A stretch of DNA of 64,000 nt from Acidobacteria bacterium bin61 (GCA_963578475.1 CAUZCL010000018.1:4579-68578); one strand, 5' to 3'; shown: positions 49,658 through 59,939, counted from the stretch's first letter. Numbers and translations: made by a program. The notes: a model not told the origin generated them from the sequence alone.

Positions 49658-52030
49658 ATGTCGCAGATTCTGGCGCCGGCGGACCGAGGCCATGCTCTTC
49701 AGAACGTCATTGACGAGCTGAAAGGAGGGGCACAGCAGCTGCCGACGGTTACGGCCCTGAGGCATTTTCCCGCGGTCCCAGCCCATTTTGCTGATTTTCC
49801 GGACGAGCTCCGGCCGGAGATCGTCGAAGCACTCAGGCGGCGCGGCATCGAACGGCTGTATTCCCATCAGAGGGAAGCTTTCGAGAAAGCCTCCGAAGGC
49901 AATAACATCGTTATCGTCACGCCAACCGCATCGGGAAAGACTCTTTGCTACAACCTTCCCATACTGAATCGCGTCCTCGAAGAGCCCGAGACGCGCGCGC
50001 TCTATCTCTTCCCAACCAAGGCACTCTCGCAAGATCAGCTCGCGGAGGTGCATGGGCTCATCCAGGACATCGGGGCCGACATCCGCACGTTCACCTATGA
50101 CGGCGATACGCCCCAGGATGCGCGCAAAGCGATCCGCTCACGCGGGCACCTGGTCGTGACCAACCCCGATATGCTGCATAGCGGCATCCTGCCTCACCAC
50201 CCAAAATGGGTGAAGCTTTTCGAGAACCTGCGCTATATCGTCATCGACGAGATTCATGCCTATCGCGGTGTCTTCGGCTCGCACCTGGCGAATATTCTGA
50301 GGCGTCTCCGGCGCATCTGCCGCTTCTATGGATCGGACCCGCAATTCATTTGCTCCTCGGCGACGATCGCGAACCCCAAGGAGCTCACCGAAGAGCTCAT
50401 CGGGAGCCCGGTGCAGCTCATCGACCGAAGCGGGGCGCCGAGAGGCGAGAAATATTTTGTGTTCTACAACCCGCCGGTCGTGAACCAAGAGCTCGGCATA
50501 CGCCGCTCCTATGTCAACGAGACGCGCCGTATCGCGGCGTCGTTTCTCAAGCGCGGGCTCCAGACGATCGTGTTCACGACGAGCCGGCTGAACACAGAGA
50601 TTCTCGTCACCTATCTCAAAAAGGAGATCGAGCAAGACGTGACCCGTCGCGATCTCATTCGCGGCTATCGCGGCGGCTATCTTCCGAAAAAGCGCCGCGC
50701 GATCGAAACTGGGCTTCGAGAAGGTAGCGTGCTCGGCGTCGTCTCGACTAACGCGCTAGAGCTCGGGATCGATATCGGCGCGCTCGACGTCGCCGTGATC
50801 TCAGGCTACCCCGGAACCATCGCCTCGACATGGCAGCAAGCGGGACGGGCGGGACGGCGTACCGGCACCTCCGTCGCCGTCTTTGTCGCGAGTAGCAGCC
50901 CGCTCAATCAATTCGTAGTCAATCATCCGGATTACTTCTTTTCGGGCTCGCCCGAACATGGCCTCATCAATCCGAACAACCTCTCGGTGCTCGTCGATCA
51001 CATAAAGTGCGCCGCTTTCGAGCTGCCGTTTCAGGACGGCGAGAGCTTCGGCGCCGAAAACCTCTCCGAAATTCTCTCTTTTCTCGAAGAGCACAACGTG
51101 GTTCACCATTCGAGAGAACGTTGGCATTGGACGAACGATTCCTATCCGGCCAACAATGTCAGCCTGCGCTCGATAAGCTCCGACAACTTCACCGTCTATG
51201 ACGAGACCCGCGAGCCCAAGATCATTGCTGAAGTGGATTTCGTCAGCGCCCATTCGACGCTCCATCCGAAAGCCATCTATATCCTCGAAGGCCAGCAGTT
51301 TTATGTCGAGAGCTTCGACTATGACGAGAGGCGCGCAACCGTGAGGCAATGGGAGACGGACTACTTCACCAACGCTATCACCCATACAAAGGTCAATATC
51401 CTCGAGAAGTTCGATAGCTCGACTGTTCTCGAAGGTGAGAGAAATCACGGCGAGGTTCACGTGGTCTCGCAAGTAGTGGGCTTCAAGAAGATCAAGTTCT
51501 ATACCCTCGAGAATGTAGGCTCGGGCGAGCTCGACATGCCAGAGCTCGAGATGCACACGACATCTTATTGGCTGACGGTGCCGAGAGAGGTCATGGACTC
51601 GCTTCCGGCTAGCTCGGAAGAGCGCCGAGACGGCGTTATCGGGCTAGCCAATACGCTCAAGACGGTAGCGATGCTCTTCCTCATGTGCGATCGCTCAGAC
51701 ATCGGCGTGGCTCTTGGCGACAACTCGCAGGGGACCGCCAAAGTGGAACGCGGTTTCAAGCGGCTCGGACCCGGCGGACTCCCCGCTTCCGAGCCGATGG
51801 ACCCGTCCTACGAGCCCAACATCTTTCTCTACGACAGCTATCCGGGCGGTATCGGCTTTTCGCAACCGCTATACGAGCTGCACACGCGCCTCGTTTCCGA
51901 GGCCAAAACACTCATCGAAAGCTGTCCTTGTCACCAAGGCTGCCCGTCCTGCGTCGGTCCCGTGGGCGAGGTCGGACTGCGGGGAAAGGTAATCGCACTG
52001 GCGATTCTGGAGCGGCTGGCCGCTTCATGA
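49658..52030 (+). CDS. mrfA: DEAD/DEAH-box helicase with a C-terminal DUF1998 zinc-ribbon domain (MrfA/YprA-like)
   Basis: Helicase motifs I (TPTASGKT), II (DEIH), III (SAT) and VI (QQAGRAGR), and a C-terminal CPCHQGCPSCV four-Cys motif typical of DUF1998. 790 aa. Confidence 0.75.
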   Translation: MSQILAPADRGHALQNVIDELKGGAQQLPTVTALRHFPAVPAHFADFPDELRPEIVEALRRRGIERLYSHQREAFEKASEGNNIVIVTPTASGKTLCYNLPILNRVLEEPETRALYLFPTKALSQDQLAEVHGLIQDIGADIRTFTYDGDTPQDARKAIRSRGHLVVTNPDMLHSGILPHHPKWVKLFENLRYIVIDEIHAYRGVFGSHLANILRRLRRICRFYGSDPQFICSSATIANPKELTEELIGSPVQLIDRSGAPRGEKYFVFYNPPVVNQELGIRRSYVNETRRIAASFLKRGLQTIVFTTSRLNTEILVTYLKKEIEQDVTRRDLIRGYRGGYLPKKRRAIETGLREGSVLGVVSTNALELGIDIGALDVAVISGYPGTIASTWQQAGRAGRRTGTSVAVFVASSSPLNQFVVNHPDYFFSGSPEHGLINPNNLSVLVDHIKCAAFELPFQDGESFGAENLSEILSFLEEHNVVHHSRERWHWTNDSYPANNVSLRSISSDNFTVYDETREPKIIAEVDFVSAHSTLHPKAIYILEGQQFYVESFDYDERRATVRQWETDYFTNAITHTKVNILEKFDSSTVLEGERNHGEVHVVSQVVGFKKIKFYTLENVGSGELDMPELEMHTTSYWLTVPREVMDSLPASSEERRDGVIGLANTLKTVAMLFLMCDRSDIGVALGDNSQGTAKVERGFKRLGPGGLPASEPMDPSYEPNIFLYDSYPGGIGFSQPLYELHTRLVSEAKTLIESCPCHQGCPSCVGPVGEVGLRGKVIALAILERLAAS

Positions 52031-53400
52031 ACACGCGCACGACTCGGGAAAAGCTCGACAAACTCTTTCCTTCGCCCCGCAAACGCAACAATGACTCGCT
52101 CTACAGCCTCGAGAAAGAGGTTCTCGGATCCGAGGCGAGCTCCGAGGGCGAGTTCTCCGTCAAAGAGCGGCTCGAACGTCTCCTCGCCGTCACAAAGGCC
52201 CGTCCCCGCACGTTCCCGTCGCCGGCAATAGCGAGGCCGCCAGCGCTCGAGCTCGGCGAAGTTCTCGACGGCGAGGAAGTCTCGAACGACTTCGGCAGCT
52301 TCTACAGCGTCGACAAGATCTACCCGCTCGCACATTTTCAGGGTCGGATCCAGCTCGCTCGGCTCACGAGCGTTCCGAGAGAAGCGTTCTCGATGCTGTC
52401 ACGCGGCGACGACGTTTTCGAAATTGACTTGAAGGAGGCACTGTTTCTCGACACCGAGACGACCGGGCTCGCGGGCGGCGCCGGCACGTGTGCTTTTCTC
52501 ATCGGCTTGGGGTGGGTCGAGAACGAGAGCTTCGTGCTGCGGCAGCTCTTCATGCGCGACTATGGCGAAGAAGCCGCCATGCTCCATGCGCTCGGTGAGA
52601 TCCTCGCGCGCTTCGAGCTGCTCGTAAGCTACAACGGCAAATCGTTCGACATCCCCCTGCTCGAGACCCGCTTCGTCCTCACGCGACAACGCCTGTCCTT
52701 CGAGCATCTATTGCATTTCGACTTGCTGCACTCGGCACGCAGCCTGTGGAAGGTCCGCATCGAGAGCTGTCGCTTGATGGAACTCGAGCATCGTCTACTC
52801 GGGCTCGAACGCGAAGACGACATACCGGGTCACATGATCCCCGACTTGTTTTTTCGCTTCCTGCGAACAGGAGACGCGATTCGCCTCGACCACGTCTTCC
52901 ATCACAACCGACACGACATCCTTTCGCTCGCCGCTCTCACGATATGCGCCTCGGACTTGCTCGACGAAAGCCATGTTCCAGAGGATCCTCTCGACGATCT
53001 CAGCCTCGGTCGCTTGTTCGAACGCTCCGCGCAGCCCGAACGCTCCATGATGCATTACAGCCGCGCCGTCGAGGCCGGGCTGTCGGGCGCCGCGCGCCGT
53101 CGGGCCCTCGCAGCACTCGCGGACCAGCACAAACGCCGCGGCGATATTGATGACGCGCGCAAGCTATGGGGTGAGCTCGCCGACGGCGAGTCCGTAGAGG
53201 TCGTCCAAGCACTTCACGAGCTCGCGATGCTGAGCGAGCATCGCGAGCGGGACTTCACACAAGCACTCGGCTTGTGCGAGCGCGCGCTTTCCTACCTGGA
53301 CGAGAATTACGAGCTGACGCTCTCGTTTCGCTTCAAGTGGCGTGACGCCTTCGCCCATCGCCGCTCGCGTTTGAAAAAACGCCTTGCCAAGAGCAGATAA
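52027..53400 (+). CDS. mrfB: DnaQ-like (RNase H-fold) 3'-5' exonuclease with a C-terminal helical/TPR-like region (MrfB/YprB-like)
   Basis: The start codon overlaps the helicase stop (ATGA). FLDTETTGL (exo I motif), a downstream YNGKSFDIPLL and HNRHD (exo III-like), and a C-terminal TPR-like helical domain. Confidence 0.65.
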   Translation: MNTRTTREKLDKLFPSPRKRNNDSLYSLEKEVLGSEASSEGEFSVKERLERLLAVTKARPRTFPSPAIARPPALELGEVLDGEEVSNDFGSFYSVDKIYPLAHFQGRIQLARLTSVPREAFSMLSRGDDVFEIDLKEALFLDTETTGLAGGAGTCAFLIGLGWVENESFVLRQLFMRDYGEEAAMLHALGEILARFELLVSYNGKSFDIPLLETRFVLTRQRLSFEHLLHFDLLHSARSLWKVRIESCRLMELEHRLLGLEREDDIPGHMIPDLFFRFLRTGDAIRLDHVFHHNRHDILSLAALTICASDLLDESHVPEDPLDDLSLGRLFERSAQPERSMMHYSRAVEAGLSGAARRRALAALADQHKRRGDIDDARKLWGELADGESVEVVQALHELAMLSEHRERDFTQALGLCERALSYLDENYELTLSFRFKWRDAFAHRRSRLKKRLAKSR

Positions 53401-53410
53401 GCCAGACCGA

Positions 53411-53854
53411 TCACCGCCTCGTGATCGATCGCAGTCGCTCTTCGATCTCGGCGCCTTCTTTCTTGCTGCTGCAGATGATCAAGATGGTGTCGTCCCCGGC
53501 GATGGTTCCCATGACTTGCGGCCACGCGACTTCGTCGAGGCCATGCGCAACGCCTTGCGCGTTTCCCGGAGGGGTCTTGACGACGATCAAGTTATTCGCC
53601 CGCTCGATGGTGCGCACGAAAGCGACAAGGGGGGAGAGGGGGCCATCTCCCAAGGGACCGGCGGTGTAAGAATAGCCGCCGCGCCCGTCCGGTCCTTTTG
53701 CGATACCGAGCGCTTTCAGCTCACGCGAGAGCGTCGACTGCGTCATGGAAATACCGGCTTCGGCCAGCGCTCCGATGAGCTCGCTTTGATTGCGGAGGGC
53801 TCGCGCGCGAACGAGAGACAGGATGATCTCTTGCCGCGTGGTGCGATCCGACAT
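53411..53854 (-). CDS. argR: Arginine repressor
   Basis: An N-terminal winged-helix (RQEIILSLVRARALRNQSELIGALAEAGISMTQSTLSRELKALG) and a C-terminal oligomerisation/arginine-binding domain. 147 aa. Confidence 0.8.
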   Translation of the reverse strand: MSDRTTRQEIILSLVRARALRNQSELIGALAEAGISMTQSTLSRELKALGIAKGPDGRGGYSYTAGPLGDGPLSPLVAFVRTIERANNLIVVKTPPGNAQGVAHGLDEVAWPQVMGTIAGDDTILIICSSKKEGAEIEERLRSITRR

Positions 53855-54099
53855 CAGCCGCCGCTGACAGGAGGAAGAAAAGCAACTTCGTCGTCTGGCT
53901 GGAGCTCCGTTTCTTTGCCGACGAAATCGTGGTTCACCGCGAATTGAAGGGCAGCGCCGTAAGGCTCGAGGCGAGGTTCGTCGCTCACGAGACGCTCCCA
54001 GAGCCCCGTTACCGTCGTACCCGATGGCAGCTCGACTTCCAGTTCTTCCTTGTCCATGACCTCGCGCAAGGCAGCAAAGACGCGTACTCGTACGTTCAA
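53854..54099 (-). CDS. moaD: MoaD/ThiS-family sulfur carrier protein
   Basis: A beta-grasp ~80 aa ending in the diglycine VSGG*. The stop overlaps the argR start. A TTG start is assumed. Confidence 0.6.
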   Translation of the reverse strand: MNVRVRVFAALREVMDKEELEVELPSGTTVTGLWERLVSDEPRLEPYGAALQFAVNHDFVGKETELQPDDEVAFLPPVSGG

Positions 54100-54524
54100 C
54101 GTATTTCCGCCGTTTCCACCGGGCCTTCGACCCAAACTTCGCCGTCATCGAAGACTTCTTTTTTCCAAATTGGAACGATGCGCTTGAGCCGATTGATTGC
54201 GTATTGGCATGCGGCGAAGCTATCGTCGCGATGGGGCGACGAGACTACGATGACCACGCTCGTCTCACCAACATTCAGCCGCCCAACACGATGCTGAATG
54301 TGGAGGCTCTCGAGACCCCAATTCGCCTTGACCTCTTCCCCGATGCGCTCCATCATTTTGACAGCCATCTCCGGATAGGCTTCATATTCGAGGAAGAGAA
54401 CTTTCTTTCCTTTATTGGTGCCTCGCACAATCCCCGAGAACGTCGCGATCGCGCCGTCGCGATCGCTGGCGACGCCTCGTGCAAGCGTTCGCAAATCCAG
54501 AATATCGTGCACGATTTCAAACAT
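54096..54524 (-). CDS. moaE: Molybdopterin synthase catalytic subunit
   Basis: MFEIVHDILDL...VVIVVSSPHRDDSFAACQYAINRLKRIVPIWKKE is a MoaE family member. The start is chosen at the MFEIV Met. Confidence 0.8.
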   Translation of the reverse strand: MFEIVHDILDLRTLARGVASDRDGAIATFSGIVRGTNKGKKVLFLEYEAYPEMAVKMMERIGEEVKANWGLESLHIQHRVGRLNVGETSVVIVVSSPHRDDSFAACQYAINRLKRIVPIWKKEVFDDGEVWVEGPVETAEIR

Positions 54525-54628
54525 AGCCAGTGAAATAGTAGCCTGTCCCGAAGCCCCGAACAAGTTCCTATACGCCTGCCCCAACGGCTTTACCGATCTT
54601 GGGAAGTTGGAAAGGAAGAGAAAAAAGA

Positions 54629-54735
54629 AAGGGGAGGTGGGGATAGGGGGATAAAAAAAGATTAAGAGAATCTTTGTTCTTATCCCCACATCTCCACCCA
54701 TCCCCACCTCCCCTTGCTTTTGCTTTTCCAGCAAC
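54629..54735 (-). terminator. A large GC-rich hairpin followed by a U-tract on both strands. Probably the intrinsic terminator of thiD.
   Basis: On the plus strand, aaggggaggtggggat...atccccacctcccctt forms a 16-bp perfect stem with an inner ggggataa/ttatcccc stem. It is followed by gcttttgcttttcc on the plus strand and tcttttttctcttcc on the minus strand. Confidence 0.5.
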
Positions 54736-54767
54736 TTGCTTTTGTTCTTCCAAGCAGCCCGGCTAGT

Positions 54768-55592
54768 CTAGTCGCTCTCCGGCCACACTTTTTGGCCGAT
54801 GAAGTGGTCGACGGGCCCGTGTCCTCGTCCGATTGAAACCCCTAACTCGAGGGCTCTTGTTAGATAGGCCTTGGCGATCTCGACGGCTTTCTCGAGGGCT
54901 ACTCCCAGGGCAAGCTGAGCCGTGATGGCCGCGGAAAAGGTGCACCCCGTGCCATGTGTGTTTCGGACGGAGAGACGCGGCGCCGTGAAGCTCATGAACC
55001 GGCGCCCGTCATACAACCAATCCACGGAGGCATCTCCCGTCGCGTGTCCGCCCTTGACGACAACCGCCCGCGCTCCCATTTCTACGATCCGCCGAGCGGC
55101 GGCATGGATCGAGCTCTCGTCCTCCATAGGAAAACCCACGAGCGCCTCGGCCTCGGGGAGGTTTGGGGTCACGAGAAGGGCGCGGGGGAGGAGCTGGTCG
55201 CGGAGGGACTTGACGGCTTCCGGCTGCAGCAGTCGATCCCCGCTTTTCGACACCATCACCGGATCCACGACGATTTTATCGACACGGTGCTCTCCCAGTT
55301 TCCGGGCTACCACCTCGATGACCGGCGACGTGGACAACATGCCCGTCTTCACCGCATCGATGGCGATATCATCGTATACAGTGTCGATTTGAAAACCGAT
55401 CGCCTCCGGAGTCAGTTGAGAGACGCCGGCGACCGTCTGCGTATTCTGCGCGGTGACCGCAGTGATGGCACTCGTCCCGTAGACGCCGTGGGCGGCGAAA
55501 GTCTTGAGGTCCGCTTGAATTCCAGCGCCACCTCCCGAATCGGAGCCGGCAATCGTCATTGCCACCGTCGGGCGGCCTTGCTCTTTTGCCAT
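54768..55592 (-). CDS. thiD: Hydroxymethylpyrimidine / phosphomethylpyrimidine kinase
   Basis: MTIAGSDSGGGAGIQADLKTF...GTGCTFSAAITAQL is ThiD/PdxK ribokinase-like. The start is set at MAKEQGRP. Confidence 0.85.
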   Translation of the reverse strand: MAKEQGRPTVAMTIAGSDSGGGAGIQADLKTFAAHGVYGTSAITAVTAQNTQTVAGVSQLTPEAIGFQIDTVYDDIAIDAVKTGMLSTSPVIEVVARKLGEHRVDKIVVDPVMVSKSGDRLLQPEAVKSLRDQLLPRALLVTPNLPEAEALVGFPMEDESSIHAAARRIVEMGARAVVVKGGHATGDASVDWLYDGRRFMSFTAPRLSVRNTHGTGCTFSAAITAQLALGVALEKAVEIAKAYLTRALELGVSIGRGHGPVDHFIGQKVWPESD

Positions 55593-55702
55593 GAAGAACT
55601 TATAGCATGCCAACCTTGACGGCAGCGATCTGTTCTCGTATTCTGTTGGCAGAAAGGGGCTTGCCCCTCGCGGGAGCCTGAAAACCTCTAGGACCATGGC
55701 CC

Positions 55703-57640
55703 ATGTCGAAGTCGAGCCTTCGCTCCTTTCCGGGTGATCGACCGGAATCACGCTCGGACTTTCGGGCGGCGTTCGACCGATCGCCGGTGGCAACGTTTCT
55801 GTTCGACGATGCGACGCGCGCGTGTCTCGAGGCAAACAAAGCCGCCGAGCTTCTCACCGCGTTCAGCCGCGCGGAGCTTCTCGATCGCCGTATAGAAGAC
55901 CTCCACACTCGCGAGCACCGGGATCGTACGCTCAAATACTTCCAGAGGTTTCGTCACGAGCCCGGATTCACCTACGATGATTTGAAGCTCGAGACGAAAG
56001 ACGGACGCGTCGTCGCTGTCGAAGTCCGGGGCATGAACCTCGGGTTCGACGAGCGCAAGATCATTCTTGTCTACGTCCGCGACATCACCGAAGAGCGACT
56101 CTTGCAGCGTGAGGTCTTGTTTCAAAACCACAAGCTCACGACGCTCAACGCGCTCTCCTCGGCGATCCGAAACTCGATGGAGCTCCACCAAATTCTTTCG
56201 GGATCGTTGCGCGTGATCATGGAGGCGAGTGGAAGCGTTTAAGGAGAGGTTCTGATTTATGACGAAGACAGCGAGACGTTCCAAATCGCCACGGTTCGGG
56301 GAGAAGGAGCCTCTGAGCCGCCTCGAGGACCCCCGAACGCCGCGGATTGCGAACTTGCGAACCGCGTTCTCGCGAAGGGCAAGCCGATCCTCCTCGACTC
56401 GCTGGCGCACGAGCCACGGCTATCCGAGCTTCTGAGAGGATAATCGGGCACCGGGGCGGCCGCGGGGGTCCCGCTTCGCAACAAAGACCGCGTCATGGGC
56501 GTCATGCAGCTCGCGATCGCGACGGACCAACTATTCCTAACGTTCGATTTCGAGCTGTTCACCTCGATTGGTGTCCAGATCGGGATGGCAGCTGACAACG
56601 CCGTGCTCTTTCAGAGGACGGTACGCCAAGCGAAGCAAATCCAGCTCCTGAACAATATCGCTCGCATCATCAGCAGCAGTCTTCAAATCGAGGAAGTCTT
56701 CGACTCGTTCACCAACGAGATGGAAAAACTCTTCGACTTCGACCGTCTTTTGGTGGCGTTTCTCGAAAGCTCGGGGAGCTACCTTCGGATTTTCGCTTCG
56801 GGCGCGCGCACGGATTCGGGGTGGGGCATGGAGTCGCTGATCCCCCTCGTCGGGACCGGTCCAGGGTGGACGGTCTTGAACGAGACGCATTTCATCCATC
56901 CGGACACGAAGGAAGAGCAGAAGTTCATCGAAGACCAATTTCTGTACGAAGACGGGATTCGTTCCTACATCCTGCTGCCCATCCACTCACGCGGTAAGAT
57001 CGTCGGCACTTTTGGACTCGGCTCACGCAAGCGCAACGGTTTTTCGGAGAAAGATCTCCCTCTGCTCACGCAGCTCTCGAAGCAAATCTCCGTCGCGATC
57101 GAGAACGTCAAGCTCTACCAACAGACGAAGGAGACATCGATCCTCGACGATGTGAGCTCTCTCTTCAATTTTCGCTATTTCCATCAACCCCTCGACCGTG
57201 AGCTCAAGCTCGTCGCGCGACACAAGTCTCATTTGAGCCTGATCTTCATGGACCTCGACAAATTCAAGCAAATCAACGACGTACACGGACATCTTCGGGG
57301 GAGCAAAGTGCTGCGTGAGGTGGGGTTCTGTTTGCGCGCCGCGATCCGCGAGACCGATATCGCTGCCCGCTACGGCGGTGACGAGTTCGTCGTGATCCTG
57401 CCCGACACGGACTACGCGGCGGCCAAACGGCTCGGCGAACGTATGCGCCAGCTCGTTGTGCGAACGACGTACCTCAAAGAGGAAGGCATCAACGCCCGTA
57501 TCGGGGCAAGCATCGGCGTGGCCACCTTCCCGACCGAGGCACCGTCCAAGGACGAGCTCATCGCCTTGGCCGATGAGCGCATGTACCGAGACAAGGAAGA
57601 GAATTACCGACGAGCAGCATCGTCGCCCAAAGATTTCTGA
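55703..57640 (+). pseudogene. PAS-GAF-GAF-GGDEF diguanylate cyclase with two or more frameshifts at about 56240 and about 56440
   Basis: A PAS domain (55703..56242), then GAF segments in two further frames (GEVLIYDEDSETFQIATVRGE... and AAAGVPLRNKDRVMGVMQLA), then an in-frame GAF and GGDEF (56495..57640) with RYGGDEFVV. Confidence 0.6.
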
Positions 57641-57886
57641 CTCGTCCCCATGAGGCGCCTCAAGAATGGCCAAAGAGGCACAGAGTCACAGAGTTTCGAA
57701 AACACCCACCGCTTCCGCTGGGCACAACGATATGCTCCAGGGAGCTCCCGGCGTCATCGTCCGCGGGACGCTGCTAGCAGCGTCGAACACGGAGGCAACG
57801 ATAAAGGCGGGAGAGTGCTCTTCGCTCGCTCTCGCATTCTCTGTGCCTCTGTGGCCAACCCCCGTTGATTGCGGCCGCAATAGAGG

Positions 57887-59170
57887 CTAGCGGCGCGCGG
57901 TCCTGAATGAAATGATCACCGCGGCACCGGGCTCGCGGTCGGCGGCGCCGGGCTCCGCGACGATTTCCTGTCCATCCTCGTCTTCAATGGCGTCGTAGAG
58001 GATCAGCTCAATCTCTTTGGACGGCTCGAGCTGTTTGTTCGGCTTTACGGTGAGCGTGCGTGAGTCGCGATCATAGGAGACTTCGAGCTCCGGGAACGGA
58101 TTACCGATACCGTCATCGTCGGCATAGAGCAGGTCCACGTTGCGGTTGAAGGTCTCGGCCTTCATAGAGCTCGAGAACTGCATGTGGAACTCGCTGTCGA
58201 GAGGGATATCCCGCTCACCTGGGAGCGGCAGAGAGAAAGTGACTTCCGGCGGGGGACCGAGCGTCAACTCCTTGGGTTTGACGACTTTGACCGGCTCCAA
58301 GTCCTTGTCTTCGGGTTTGTCCGCGAGCTCGATTTTCTCGGCTCTCAAGTAGTAAGTACCGCTGCCGTCGTGCTGCCAGGCCGTGCCGATCACGTTGAGC
58401 CACTTGCCCGTATCCCGTCGCTTTTTGGGGTCGAGTCGAAAGCCGTCGCCCCGCGGCCTGCGTCCCGTGACCCAGATGGCGGCATCCGCGAGCTTGATGA
58501 TGAAGTCGCGCGGCGTGCGTTTGTCCTTGATCGACAAGTCCCCGTAGAGGTTGTTCCCGCGAAACTTTCCGTAAACGACGATTTGCTCGCCGACATAATT
58601 GGCCGGATCCTTGACGAGTTCCCTCAAATCAACGCCGTTCACACCCGACACATCGATGTCGGGATCGACGATATCGGGCTGCTCCTCCGGCTTGTCCGGG
58701 TCCATCGGGTTCTCGATCGGCACGATCACGTCGACGGTCGAGACCGCGAGGAAAGACTCCTTGTTGAAACCTGCCCCGTCCGTGCGCTTGGCGCCCGGAT
58801 AGTAGCGAAGGATGGGGTGATATTGGGGTTCGAGCACAGAATTCATATCGAAGAAAATGCCCGAGATCTCGACTTGCTGCCCGGACATGAAACGGAGATC
58901 CTCGAAGCCCCGCGCACCGGTCCCAATGCGGATAGTGTTGAGGAACATCTCTCCCTCGAGCTCGAAGATGTTGTATTTCTGATCCTCCATGTCGCCGTAT
59001 TTGACCTTGCCTTTGGTGATGACGGGACGGTCGTTGTAGCGGATACCGATGCTAGCCAGATCCTCCACCGAGACCCGGACGGGCTCCATGCCTTGATACT
59101 GTGCGGCCAACAGACGGACCGCGATGGTGAAAACAAACAGTGACAAACAGGAGAGCCCCACTCCACGCAT
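57887..59170 (-). CDS. Hypothetical secreted protein
   Basis: Signal peptide. 427 aa with no confidently recognised domain. Confidence 0.4.
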   Translation of the reverse strand: MRGVGLSCLSLFVFTIAVRLLAAQYQGMEPVRVSVEDLASIGIRYNDRPVITKGKVKYGDMEDQKYNIFELEGEMFLNTIRIGTGARGFEDLRFMSGQQVEISGIFFDMNSVLEPQYHPILRYYPGAKRTDGAGFNKESFLAVSTVDVIVPIENPMDPDKPEEQPDIVDPDIDVSGVNGVDLRELVKDPANYVGEQIVVYGKFRGNNLYGDLSIKDKRTPRDFIIKLADAAIWVTGRRPRGDGFRLDPKKRRDTGKWLNVIGTAWQHDGSGTYYLRAEKIELADKPEDKDLEPVKVVKPKELTLGPPPEVTFSLPLPGERDIPLDSEFHMQFSSSMKAETFNRNVDLLYADDDGIGNPFPELEVSYDRDSRTLTVKPNKQLEPSKEIELILYDAIEDEDGQEIVAEPGAADREPGAAVIISFRTARR

Positions 59171-59246
59171 CGCTTCATCCTAGCTACGCGTCGCGCTCGG
59201 AGCAAGTCTCAGCGCCTTGGCGCCCGCGGAAGAAAAGACGTGTAGA

Positions 59247-59939
59247 ATGCGAGGGGTGGCCAAACAGACTTCCTCTTCCGCTCATCGCCCTTTCGAGGTC
59301 CTCGAGAACATGGTCAAGGGCGGCGAGCTCGATCTCGCACCCAAGACCGACAAGCTCGTGCCACCCCCGTCAAGAGTAGACGGGAACCTCAGCGACGAAG
59401 AAGCCTTCGAGAGCGCAATGGAGGAGGTGCGGCCGCTTGGCTGGAGCTCGACCGCACTTGATTTGACGAAAGCGTTCGAGATTCCCATCTGGTCCGATAG
59501 CAAGTCCGAAGCGCTCTGGGAGCTCGAATCCTTCGTCGCGGGAAGAGGCGAGATGGATCCTTTTGCCACGGGTGAGGGCGTCGAGGGCGCTTCGAGCCGT
59601 CGAAACGAGCGCTACCTAGAACGCCTCAAAAACAGCGACTTCTCCGTTCAGGATCATCTAGACCTGCACGGGCTCGATGCAGAGGATGCGCGAGAAGAGC
59701 TCGCGGCCTTTCTGCGACGCTCGCAGCACAAAGGCTATTCGTGCGTCCGGATCGTCCACGGTCGAGGGAAGCATTCGTCGAGAGAGCCCGCGGTCGTGAA
59801 ACGCGCGGTGCTCCGGTCTCTCTCTTCGCGCAAGATGCGCCGCACGGTGATCGCGTTCGCTTCGGCGCGCTGGAAAGACGGTGGGAGTGGCGCGGTCTAT
59901 GTGTTGCTCTACCGCAAATGGCGACCGGCTCAAAGGTAG
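59247..59939 (+). CDS. Smr-domain protein (MutS2 C-terminal-like nuclease domain)
   Basis: LDLHGLDAEDAREELAAFL...VRIVHGRGKHS matches the Smr consensus. Confidence 0.6.
   Translation: MRGVAKQTSSSAHRPFEVLENMVKGGELDLAPKTDKLVPPPSRVDGNLSDEEAFESAMEEVRPLGWSSTALDLTKAFEIPIWSDSKSEALWELESFVAGRGEMDPFATGEGVEGASSRRNERYLERLKNSDFSVQDHLDLHGLDAEDAREELAAFLRRSQHKGYSCVRIVHGRGKHSSREPAVVKRAVLRSLSSRKMRRTVIAFASARWKDGGSGAVYVLLYRKWRPAQR

Noticed and set aside
55593-55700. A possible TPP (THI-box) riboswitch upstream of thiD
   Set aside because: The reverse-complement leader lacks the conserved CUGAGA and the pyrimidine-sensing stem motifs. thiD-only operons often lack the riboswitch.
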